From positions 39,723 to 63,722 of the forward strand of contig JAUSND010000012.1 of assembly GCA_030646295.1 (NCBI GenBank): a stretch of DNA of 24,000 nucleotides, in the 5' to 3' direction. Under the pieces are notes generated by a model, which saw only the letters and a list, made by a program, of their open reading frames with translations, made no database searches and was not told the DNA's origin. Below are positions 16,263 through 24,000 of this stretch, in pieces. The stretch is from Moraxellaceae bacterium. Lineage in GTDB: Bacteria > Pseudomonadota > Gammaproteobacteria > Pseudomonadales > Moraxellaceae. The stretch's first letter is position 1. The number at the start of each line of letters is the position of its first letter. The translations under genes and the position numbers were made by a program.

Positions 16263-16265
16263 CGC

Positions 16266-16892
16266 ATGAATGCTGACAGCGCCCGCGCCTGGGTACGCCT
16301 GCCGTCCGGCAAGCGCCTTGATCTGCTGAACCCCACGCCGTTTGACTGGGATGACGAGGATCTGGCGATCGGACTGGCGCGCACCTACCGCTGGGGCGGT
16401 CATTCGGCGTGGCCGTTGCCGCTGTCTGTTGCGCAGCATTCACTGGCGGTGCTGGCCCTGCGTCGTGAGGCAGAGCCTACCGGGCTGGCGGCGCGTGCCG
16501 AATTACGCGAGCTGTTGCACGATGCCGATGAAGGCCTGCTGGGTTTTGATCCGCTGTCGGTGCTGAAACCGTTTCTGGGTGACGGCTTTCACGAACTGGC
16601 CGGGCGCCTGCAGGATGTGGTGTTTTTGCGCTACGGCCTCACGTACTGGACGCCGGAAGAAAAAATCGAGCACAAGAAAGCCGACCGCATTGCCGCTGCA
16701 AGTGAAGCCGTGCACGTGGCCGGCTGGACGCGTGACGAAGTGAAGCACGTGCTGAAAATTCCGTTCAAGCCACTGGAGCGGGATCCGCTGGTGGCCATTT
16801 ACGGCGGCACGCCATGGGAGCCCTGGGCACCCACTGTTGCGGCTGAACGTTTTCTGAAAGAACTGCAGCGCATACAAAAGAAATTGGCTTGA
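16266..16892 (+). CDS. HD-domain phosphohydrolase (YfbR-like) embedded in the his cluster
   Basis: The motifs RWGGHS, SVAQHSL, LLHDADE and KADRIAA give an H...HD...D pattern. The start is 4 nt after the hisA stop. Confidence 0.75.
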   Translation: MNADSARAWVRLPSGKRLDLLNPTPFDWDDEDLAIGLARTYRWGGHSAWPLPLSVAQHSLAVLALRREAEPTGLAARAELRELLHDADEGLLGFDPLSVLKPFLGDGFHELAGRLQDVVFLRYGLTYWTPEEKIEHKKADRIAAASEAVHVAGWTRDEVKHVLKIPFKPLERDPLVAIYGGTPWEPWAPTVAAERFLKELQRIQKKLA

Positions 16893-16896
16893 ATAC

Positions 16897-16955
16897 GTGG
16901 GAGCAGCTTTAGCCGCGATATTTTTCCGGAAAATCGCGGCCAAAGCCGCTCCCAC
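16897..16955. repeat. REP-like palindromic element (hairpin 1)
   Basis: The arms gtgggagcagctttagccgcgat and atcgcggccaaagccgctcccac match at 21 of 23 positions. The loop is itself palindromic (ttttccggaaaa). Confidence 0.8.
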
Positions 16956-16993
16956 AGATGAACCGAAGCGTAATCATCCGGCTGGATGCCCCG

Positions 16994-17030
16994 CTTCTTG
17001 TTTCTTGTTTCTTGTTTCTTGTTTCTTGTG
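16994..17030. repeat. 7-bp tandem repeat (CTTGTTT), 4 perfect units plus partial units
   Basis: cttgttt occurs at 16997, 17004, 17011 and 17018. It is flanked by ctt and cttgtg. Confidence 0.9.
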
Positions 17031-17090
17031 GGAGCGGCTTCAGCCGCGAAGATTTTGCAACCGACATTTCGCGACTGAATTCGCTACCAC
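17028..17090. repeat. REP-like palindromic element (hairpin 2, more degenerate)
   Basis: gtgggagcggcttcagccgcgaa (17028-17050) pairs with ttcgcgactgaattcgctaccac (17068-17090) at 19 of 23 positions. The consensus is the same as in hairpin 1. Confidence 0.7.
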
Positions 17091-17111
17091 CTTACTGAGT
17101 CATGGTGATTT

Positions 17112-17885
17112 ATGAGTCTCGCCAAACGCATCATTCCCTGCCTGGACGTGGACAAGGGCCGCGTCGTGAAGGGCGTGAAGTTCGAGGACATCCGCGATGC
17201 GGGTGATCCGGTGGAAATTGCGCGCCGCTACGATGCCGCCGGTGCCGACGAGATCACCTTTCTCGACATCACCGCCACGCATGAAGGCCGTGACACCACG
17301 GTGAAGACGGTAGAGCGCATGGCCTCGGAAGTGTTTGTGCCGCTGACCGTGGGCGGTGGCATTCGCGAGATAAAAGACATCCGCACCATGCTCAACGCCG
17401 GCGCCGACAAGGTGAGCATCAACTCGGCCGCCATCACCCGTCCGGAATTCGTGAAAGAGGCCGCCGACAAGTTTGGCGCGCAGTGCATCGTGATTGCGAT
17501 TGATGCCAAGAAAGTGAGCGCGCCCCACGAGAAGGACCGCTGGGAAATCTTCACCCACGGCGGCCGCAAGGCCACCGGCATTGATGCCGTGGAATGGGCC
17601 ATCCGCATGACCACCTACGGTGCGGGCGAAGTGTTGCTGACCAGCATGGATGCCGATGGCACCAAGGCCGGTTATGACCTGGGCCTGGTGCGTGCCATTT
17701 CCGATGCCGTGCCGGTACCGGTGATTGCCTCTGGTGGCGTTGGCAACCTGCAGCATCTGGCCGACGGCATCCTGCAAGGTCATGCCGATGCCGTGCTGGC
17801 CGCCAGCATTTTCCACTTTGGCGAATACACGATTCCCGAGGCCAAGAAGTACCTGCAGGAACGCGGTATCGAGATGCGGCTCTGA
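17112..17885 (+). CDS. hisF: imidazole glycerol phosphate synthase, cyclase subunit
   Basis: [22 protein letters not shown]...[11 protein letters not shown]...LTVGGGIR...IASGGVG...AASIFHFGE is the canonical HisF. Confidence 0.95.
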   Translation: MSLAKRIIPCLDVDKGRVVKGVKFEDIRDAGDPVEIARRYDAAGADEITFLDITATHEGRDTTVKTVERMASEVFVPLTVGGGIREIKDIRTMLNAGADKVSINSAAITRPEFVKEAADKFGAQCIVIAIDAKKVSAPHEKDRWEIFTHGGRKATGIDAVEWAIRMTTYGAGEVLLTSMDADGTKAGYDLGLVRAISDAVPVPVIASGGVGNLQHLADGILQGHADAVLAASIFHFGEYTIPEAKKYLQERGIEMRL

Positions 17886-17999
17886 TTTGACGACACTCTG
17901 ACGCGGCAAACGTATTTGCCACGGCGGCGCAACAGGCTATGGTAATGCCATGTGCATTGGGGCAGGCATGCCCCGTCAACAGGGAGCCGACGGCACACC

Positions 18000-20396
18000 A
18001 TGTCATTTCATCCGGTTATCGTCCGCCAGTCGCTGTGGCACTGGCTTGCCCTGCTCGCCACCCTGCTGGTGGTTGCGCAGGCACAGGGTGCGGCCATCCG
18101 GATTGATCACCACACGCCCTACCAGACACTCATTCCGTGGATGCAGGAGTGCCTGACGTCGTCCGCCGCAGAAATGCCCGACCAGCTGGACCTGTCCACC
18201 TGCAGCAAGGGCCGGTTCACCCCGGTGGACCCCCGTGGCATCAATCACGGCTTTACCTCTGCCGCGCTCTGGCTGCGCTTCAGCCTGCACAATGGCGAGG
18301 CCACCGCCGTGCATACCCATCTTGAGATTGGTTTTCCGCAGCTGGATGACGTGCGGCTGTTCTGGCAAGACAACGGGCAATGGCTGGTCGGCAGAAGCGG
18401 CGACAGCCTGCCGTTCGAGGCGCGCACACCGCAAACCCGGCTACCCGGCTTCCTGCTGCACCTTGCCCCCGGTGAAACACGCGAGATCTACCTGCGCGTG
18501 GTGTCAACCAGCTCCATTACCACGCCGATTTCCATCGCCTCGCCGGCAGCGCTCCTGCAGCATCATGAAGACCGGAACATCCGGATCGGCATTTTCTACG
18601 GCATCAGTACGGCCGTCATTTTCATGGCCGCCATTTTCTATCTGCTGCTGCGGGAAACGGTCTACCTCAATTTCTTTTTCTTCATCCTCAGCATCACCGG
18701 CATCATGCTGTGCCTTGATGGTGTCGGCTACAAGGCGTGGTCACACCTGCAGGTGTGGGAGCAGTATGCCATCATCATCTTCGAGGCCCTGGCCGGCATC
18801 TTCGGCATTCTCTTTGCGCGCCACTTTCTTCGCTCAACCGCCACACCCGGCACGATTGACCTTATCTACCGCGGCCTGATTGCCTGGTTCGTGATTTGTC
18901 TGGTGCTGGCGTTTGCCACGCCCTACAGGACCTTTGTGCTTCTCGTGGCCATTGCCTGCCTGCTGCTCATTCCGGTGATGTTCATCCACGGCGTGATCAT
19001 GTCGTTCAGACGCGACAAGCCTGCCATCATGTTTACTGCCGGCTGGAGCGGTTTTTTTGTGGCCGGTGCCCTCATCTTCATCTCCAACCTTGGCTATGCC
19101 CACCACATGGATGTGTCGGTGGAATATTTCCGGCTTGGCATCGAGCTGGTCATGCTGGGCCTGTCCTTCAGTCTTGGCTGGCGCATTTACGAAATGAAGG
19201 AAGCGCGCCGCGTTGCCGAGGCGGCGGCCAGTGCCGCCCTTGAACTCAGCCGCACACGCAGTGAATTTCTGGCGCGCATGAGCCACGAGTTGCGCACCCC
19301 CATGAACGGGGTGCTGGGCATATCGGAACTGCTGCGTGACACGCCAATGAGCCCCATGCAGAAAAACTACATCAACACCCTGCATGACTCCGGGCGTCAC
19401 CTGCTGGATGTCATCAACGACATCCTGGATTTTTCCAAGCTGTCGGCCGGCAAGGTGGAGCTGCGCCATGAGGCATTTTGTGTGCAGGACATTGCAGATG
19501 ATGTGCACTCCATCTTTGCCATTCAGGCCGACACGCGAAACCTGTATTACTCGGTGGAAACCAGCGGCACCGCCACCCCGGTGACGGGCGACCCGACCTG
19601 GCTGCGTCAGGTGTTCATCAACCTGATTGGCAATGCCTTCAAGTTTACGGAAACAGGTGGCGTAACCGTATCGGTGCGCATGACGCCGGCATCAGACAAC
19701 CGGCAGGCCCTGCACGTTGATGTCACGGATACCGGACGTGGCATACCCCCCGACGCAATGGCGCAGCTTTTTCAGCCGTTCACGCAACTGGATTCATCCA
19801 CCCACCGCAGTCATGGCGGCACCGGACTGGGCCTTGCCATCTGCCGCCAGCTTGTGGAACTGATGGGTGGCACGATTGGCGTCGACAGTACGCCGGAGGC
19901 CGGCAGCCGCTTCTGGTTTGAATTGATGCTGCCGGTTGCCGACAGTCTGCCCGTCGCAAAAACGGCACACGCGGGACTGCACGATGCAGAAGACAGCAGC
20001 AACGCACTGGCAGGATTCTGCGTACTGATCGCCGAAGACAACCCGACCAACCTGATGATTCTTGAGCACAGCCTGCAGAAATACGGCATGGACATAAAAA
20101 CAGCGTGCAATGGCGAAGAGGCCGTGCAGATGTATTGTGCGGCCGGCGAGGCGTTCGATATTGTGCTGATGGATTGTGAAATGCCGTTGCTGAGCGGGCC
20201 GGATGCAACCCGCAGGATTCGCGCATTCGAAAAGGAAACCGGGCGACGCAAGGTGCCGGTCATTGCCCTCACCGCGCACACTGCCCCCGAACTGGTGGCA
20301 GAATTTCTTGGTGCCGGCATGAGCGGCCATCTCGGCAAGCCTTTCCGTCAGGACACGCTACGCAGCCTGATGCTGCAACACCTGTGCCTGGCCTGA
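18000..20396 (+). CDS. hybrid sensor histidine kinase/response regulator with a 7TMR-DISM-type N-terminus
   Basis: The ATG at 18000 gives MSFHPVIVRQSLWHWLALLATLLVVAQAQG (signal). A periplasmic beta-rich domain is followed by about 7 TM helices. Kinase motifs are H-box MSHELRTPMNG, NLIGNAFKFT, DTGRGI and GGTGLGLAICRQLV. The receiver reads VLIAEDNPTN...MDCEMPLLSG...ALTAH...K. Confidence 0.9.
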   Translation: MSFHPVIVRQSLWHWLALLATLLVVAQAQGAAIRIDHHTPYQTLIPWMQECLTSSAAEMPDQLDLSTCSKGRFTPVDPRGINHGFTSAALWLRFSLHNGEATAVHTHLEIGFPQLDDVRLFWQDNGQWLVGRSGDSLPFEARTPQTRLPGFLLHLAPGETREIYLRVVSTSSITTPISIASPAALLQHHEDRNIRIGIFYGISTAVIFMAAIFYLLLRETVYLNFFFFILSITGIMLCLDGVGYKAWSHLQVWEQYAIIIFEALAGIFGILFARHFLRSTATPGTIDLIYRGLIAWFVICLVLAFATPYRTFVLLVAIACLLLIPVMFIHGVIMSFRRDKPAIMFTAGWSGFFVAGALIFISNLGYAHHMDVSVEYFRLGIELVMLGLSFSLGWRIYEMKEARRVAEAAASAALELSRTRSEFLARMSHELRTPMNGVLGISELLRDTPMSPMQKNYINTLHDSGRHLLDVINDILDFSKLSAGKVELRHEAFCVQDIADDVHSIFAIQADTRNLYYSVETSGTATPVTGDPTWLRQVFINLIGNAFKFTETGGVTVSVRMTPASDNRQALHVDVTDTGRGIPPDAMAQLFQPFTQLDSSTHRSHGGTGLGLAICRQLVELMGGTIGVDSTPEAGSRFWFELMLPVADSLPVAKTAHAGLHDAEDSSNALAGFCVLIAEDNPTNLMILEHSLQKYGMDIKTACNGEEAVQMYCAAGEAFDIVLMDCEMPLLSGPDATRRIRAFEKETGRRKVPVIALTAHTAPELVAEFLGAGMSGHLGKPFRQDTLRSLMLQHLCLA

Positions 20397-20410
20397 AACA
20401 GCGCCCATGA

Positions 20411-20437
20411 AAAAGGCCGGATATTTCCGGCCTTTTT
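20411..20437. terminator. bidirectional rho-independent terminator
   Basis: aaaa-ggccgga-tatt-tccggcc-ttttt lies between the convergent kinase and ctpA genes. Confidence 0.8.
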
Positions 20438-20475
20438 CTGTTCATGCTGCTTGCATCAACACACTACGACCGCAC

Positions 20476-21894
20476 TCAACCGGCAGTGGCCGACACCTTG
20501 GGCAACTCCACTTTTTCAACCGGCTTTACCGGTGGCTGTGGCGCCGCCGGCGCACGCGACCAGGCGGCAGCCTTGAGAATGTTGAGCGACTCGTACATCT
20601 GGTAGTCCTGCTCGGTCAACGTTCTGGTTTCCGTTTTCTTGTTGTCGGCATCCGTCGTGACTGCGGCTTTTTCATCCTTCGCCTTTTCAGTGGCCTTGCT
20701 CTGGCTGAGGTGCCCCTGCAGGTCTGCCTCGCGCACGCTTAATCCACCCTCGAGCAGGCTGACGCGGGCAGGACTGACCACGATATCCGGCTTGATGCCC
20801 TCGGCCTGGATGGAGCGCCCGCTGGGCGTGAAGTAACGTGCCGTGGTGAACTTGATGCCCTTGCCGGCACTCAGCGGCAACACGGTCTGCACGGAACCCT
20901 TGCCGAACGTGGTGGTGCCTGCCACCAGTGCACGGCGGTTATCCTGCAATGCTCCTGCCACAATCTCGGAGGCCGATGCAGAGCCGCCATTGACCAGCAC
21001 CACCACCGGCACACCGGTGAGCACATCACCCGGCGTTGCCGTGAACTCCTGACCGGAGCCGGCCTGACGACCGCGTGTGGACACGATGATGCCGCTGTCG
21101 AGCATGGCGTCACTGACGGCGACTGCACCATCCAGTACACCACCAGGATTGTTGCGCAAATCCAGCACCAGACCCTTCAGCTGACCCTTGGCCTCGGTGC
21201 GCAGCTTTTCTGCCTCACGCCGGAAGTCACGGCCCGTATGCGTCTGGAACTGGCTGATGCGGATCATGCCGTAGCCGTCTTCCAGCATGCGGGAACGCAC
21301 ACTGATCATTTCGATGCGCGCACGCACCAGCGCAATTTCCTTTGGCTCTTCACCCTTGCGCACAATGGTCAGCACAATTTTTGTGCCGGCCTTGCCGCGC
21401 ATGAGGTTGATGGCCTCGGCCAGACTCATGCCCTGCACCGACTTGCCATCCAGCTTGATGATGTAGTCACCGGCCTGGATGCCGGCGCGCGCAGCCGGCG
21501 TATCGTCAATCGGCGACACCACGCGCACGAGACCATCTTCCATGCCGACCTCGATGCCAAGGCCGCCAAACTCGCCACTGGTATTGTTCTGCAACTCCTC
21601 GAAGGCCTTGGCATCCAGATAGGCAGAGTGGGGATCGAGCGAGGAGAGCATGCCGCGAATGGCGTTTTCGAACAGGGTGCGGTCGTCTACCGGCTCGACG
21701 TATGACGCGCGAATGCGCTCGAACGCTTCGACAAAGGCACGAAGGTCTTCCAGCGGCAGACGGGCGGCGGGAGCAGCCGGCTTTTCTTCACTGGCCGCAG
21801 ACACATCCGCCGGCAGCGGCACTACCGCTGGCTCGGCGGCCAGCACTGGCGTCGAGAGGGCAAGCAACAACAACCATTCTTTGTGAGCGCGCAT
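20476..21894 (-). CDS. ctpA: carboxy-terminal processing protease (S41 family)
   Basis: Signal peptide, PDZ region (GGLGIEVGMEDG...GDYIIKLDG) and S41 core (LDLRNNPGG...VLVNGGSASASEIVAGALQD...TFGKGSVQ). The ATG at 21894 has GGAG 7 nt upstream. The ORF-track start at 21897 is a TTG one codon earlier. Confidence 0.93.
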   Translation of the reverse strand: MRAHKEWLLLLALSTPVLAAEPAVVPLPADVSAASEEKPAAPAARLPLEDLRAFVEAFERIRASYVEPVDDRTLFENAIRGMLSSLDPHSAYLDAKAFEELQNNTSGEFGGLGIEVGMEDGLVRVVSPIDDTPAARAGIQAGDYIIKLDGKSVQGMSLAEAINLMRGKAGTKIVLTIVRKGEEPKEIALVRARIEMISVRSRMLEDGYGMIRISQFQTHTGRDFRREAEKLRTEAKGQLKGLVLDLRNNPGGVLDGAVAVSDAMLDSGIIVSTRGRQAGSGQEFTATPGDVLTGVPVVVLVNGGSASASEIVAGALQDNRRALVAGTTTFGKGSVQTVLPLSAGKGIKFTTARYFTPSGRSIQAEGIKPDIVVSPARVSLLEGGLSVREADLQGHLSQSKATEKAKDEKAAVTTDADNKKTETRTLTEQDYQMYESLNILKAAAWSRAPAAPQPPVKPVEKVELPKVSATAG

Positions 21895-21985
21895 CAACCA
21901 TCTCCGTCATGCCGGCATCGGACCAGCACAGTATCCAGCGAGCATAGAGGTCGGCCGGTGATGGTGCCACCGGGTTTCGTTGTAA

Positions 21986-23431
21986 TTATTTGAAGCCGCA
22001 CCAGGCAGCAGGATCGCTCGGACGACCGCGATGCCGGATTTCAAAATACAGGCCGGCCGCTTCGCTGTTGTCATCGCTGCCGACGGAGGCAATCACTTCG
22101 TTGCCGGCCACACTGTCGCCCGCCTTCTTGTGCAGCTTGTCATTCTGGCCGTACAGCGACATCAGGCCGCGACCATGATCAACAATGACCAGATAACCGT
22201 AACCGCGCAGGTAATCCGCATAGGCGACCTTGCCGGGCCGGACGGCACGGACCGGACTGCCCGGGGCGGCGGCAATGACAATGCCGTTCCAGCGCAGGCC
22301 GCCGGCACGGGCCGTACCGAAACGGGAACGAATGCCGCCATCGGCTGGCAGGGGGCAACGACCGCTGTACGGCACCGGGCGGTAATCCGGCTCTGCACTC
22401 CAGACCGGTGCCGGCGTCTTGCCCGGTGGTGGCACCGGCTTGCCCTGTGCCACGGCTTCGCGTGTCCGCTTTTCCTGATCCAGTTGCTGCTGCTTTGCCT
22501 GCTCCTGGCGCCGGCGCGCCTCACGCTCTGCCGACTCGCGTGCCACCCGCTCCAGACGGTCCATCACCGCCTGCAGGTTTTGCTGGTCACGCTTGAGGCG
22601 GGCAATTTTTTCTTCTTCCGACTCGATGCGGGCACTGAGCGCCTTGATGGTCTTGTTGCGGGTTTCCTGTGCCACCGCCAGTTTTGTCTGCTTGTGCTGC
22701 AGTTCGCCGCGCAGTGCCTTCAGGCGTGCCAGTTCGTCCTGCTCTTCCTGCTCGATCGCTTCAAGACGCGACAGGGTTTTATTGAGTGCCGCCACACGCT
22801 CGGCCCGGGCCTGCTGCAGGAATCCGTAGTACTTCATCAGGCGTGACAGTGCCTGCGGCTCCTGCTGGTTAAGCAGCAGCTTGTAATAATCCTCGCCACC
22901 CTGGCGTTGCGCCAGACGCAAGTCCGACTTGATCTGCACTACTTGCCGCTCGCGATCCAGCAACCGCTCGGAACGCTCCACGCGCAATTCATGCAACTTC
23001 TGTTCGCGCACCTGCACATCGGTCTGCACTTCACCGACATTGCTGCGCAACTCGGAAATCTCGGCCTCGGCCTGCCTGAGCTCGACCTCTTTCTGGGCGC
23101 GTTGCTCCCGCGTCAGCTGTATGCGTTTTTCTGATGCCCGGATCTGGTCCTGCACACGCGCCAGATCCTTTTGTGCAGAACCCACGCTGACCTGTTTTTT
23201 TCCGGATGATTTTTTGGTGGACTTCTTTGCTGCTTCTTTTTTTGCTGAAGATTTTTTTGTGGAGGTCTTCTTGGCCGCTGCCTTTTTTTGCGCGGACGTC
23301 TTGCTGCTGCTTGTTGTTTTTTCAGTGACCGCCCATGCGCCATCCGGCACGGCAACACACAGGCATGCCAGCGCCAGCATCAGGCCGGCACTGCGCAACA
23401 TCAGGGACGGGAAAAAACGACGCATGATCAC
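21986..23431 (-). CDS. envC: EnvC-like murein hydrolase activator / M23 (LytM) peptidase with a long coiled coil
   Basis: Signal peptide, Lys/Ser-rich linker, about 250 aa of coiled coil, and a C-terminal LytM domain (YLVIVDHGRGLMSLYGQN...GLYFEIRHRGRPSDP). The ORF-track start is the GTG at 23431. The ATG at 23425 (MRRFFPS...) is an equally plausible start. Confidence 0.85.
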   Translation of the reverse strand: MIMRRFFPSLMLRSAGLMLALACLCVAVPDGAWAVTEKTTSSSKTSAQKKAAAKKTSTKKSSAKKEAAKKSTKKSSGKKQVSVGSAQKDLARVQDQIRASEKRIQLTREQRAQKEVELRQAEAEISELRSNVGEVQTDVQVREQKLHELRVERSERLLDRERQVVQIKSDLRLAQRQGGEDYYKLLLNQQEPQALSRLMKYYGFLQQARAERVAALNKTLSRLEAIEQEEQDELARLKALRGELQHKQTKLAVAQETRNKTIKALSARIESEEEKIARLKRDQQNLQAVMDRLERVARESAEREARRRQEQAKQQQLDQEKRTREAVAQGKPVPPPGKTPAPVWSAEPDYRPVPYSGRCPLPADGGIRSRFGTARAGGLRWNGIVIAAAPGSPVRAVRPGKVAYADYLRGYGYLVIVDHGRGLMSLYGQNDKLHKKAGDSVAGNEVIASVGSDDNSEAAGLYFEIRHRGRPSDPAAWCGFK

Positions 23432-24000
23432 TCAGGCAAATTCCACCAGTGCACGGCCCTGCATTTCGGCAGGCACGGGCGTATTCATCAGCGTCAGCAG
23501 CGTTGGCGCCACATCCGCCAGGATGCCACCCGCCAGCAGTCGTACCGGACGCGGCCCCACATAGATCAGCGGCACCGGATCGGTCGTGTGTGCCGTCAGT
23601 GGCTGCTGCGAGCCTTCATCAAACATCTGCTCGACATTGCCATGATCGGCCGTGATCAGCATTTCACCGCGCACCTTCTGCACGGCAGCCTCGACGCGGC
23701 CGATGCAGACATCAACCGCCTCCACCGCCTTCACTGCTGCATCAAACAGGCCGGTGTGCCCGACCTGATCGGCGTTGGCATAGTTGCAGATGATGGCGTC
23801 GTATTTGCCGCTCTCAATGGCCTCAACCAGCTTGTCCGTGACTTCAAACGCCGACATCTCGGGCTTGAGATCGAACGTCGCCACCTTGGGTGACGGAATC
23901 AGGATGCGGTCCTCGCCGGCAAACGGCTCTTCACGACCGCCATTAAAGAAGAAAGTGACGTGCGCATATTTTTCGGTTTCGGCAATGCGCAATTGCGTCT
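23432..24000 (-). CDS. gpmI: 2,3-bisphosphoglycerate-independent phosphoglycerate mutase, C-terminal part (gene continues beyond the window)
   Basis: [18 protein letters not shown]...[14 protein letters not shown]...ITADHGN...HT..PVP is the canonical iPGM C-terminal half. The frame is open to the window edge. Confidence 0.9.
   Translation of the reverse strand, partial: TQLRIAETEKYAHVTFFFNGGREEPFAGEDRILIPSPKVATFDLKPEMSAFEVTDKLVEAIESGKYDAIICNYANADQVGHTGLFDAAVKAVEAVDVCIGRVEAAVQKVRGEMLITADHGNVEQMFDEGSQQPLTAHTTDPVPLIYVGPRPVRLLAGGILADVAPTLLTLMNTPVPAEMQGRALVEFA

Noticed and set aside
16994-17030. The tandem repeats as a CRISPR array or coding repeat
   Set aside because: The units are 7 bp with no spacers, the array is intergenic and there are no cas genes. 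It is a simple microsatellite.
15492-17909. Long minus-strand ORFs 15492-16439 and 17100-17909
   Set aside because: They are antisense to hisA and hisF respectively. They have GC-artefact composition and no motifs.
22031-22846. 271-aa plus-strand ORF, plus others (22907-23564, 23288-23893) opposite the envC-like and gpmI genes
   Set aside because: They are antisense shadows of well-supported minus-strand genes.

Overview
GC-rich (about 60-65% G+C by eye) proteobacterial chromosome. The His, CtpA and EnvC-like proteins look beta-proteobacterial (Neisseriales/Chromobacteriaceae-like), but that is inference only. The backbone is ordinary housekeeping: a large Ig-domain lipoprotein, an unknown membrane protein, a YkgJ-type Cys-cluster protein, two orphan hybrid histidine kinases, hisB-hisH-hisA-(HD hydrolase)-hisF, a PanZ-like GNAT, a GAF protein, and ctpA-envC-like-gpmI. 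The clear anomaly is a 2,231-bp AT-rich segment (9458-11688; sampled lines about 38% G+C). It carries only two overlapping minus-strand genes. One is a retron-type reverse transcriptase with the NAxxH, YADD and VTG motifs. The other, upstream of it, is a ~300-aa protein with a nucleoside-deoxyribosyltransferase-like N-terminal domain and a winged-helix-like C-terminus. This gene order matches the Sen2/St85 (msrmsd-rcaT-rrtT) retron. I can draw a candidate msr-msd RNA upstream of the effector: a1/a2 repeats, a UAGC branch-G context, and a 58-nt near-perfect hairpin. The segment sits at the centre of a large palindrome. Two convergent tRNA-Gly(CCC) genes, each with 77 nt of 3' flank, form 130-bp perfect inverted repeats. 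Identity drops sharply in the 5' third of the tRNAs. No integrase or transposase is present. Smaller oddities are a frameshifted DUF3455 lipoprotein gene, REP-like palindromes with a 7-bp microsatellite inside the his operon, and a few palindromes and hairpins. All functional calls rest on motif recognition by eye; no database search was possible.
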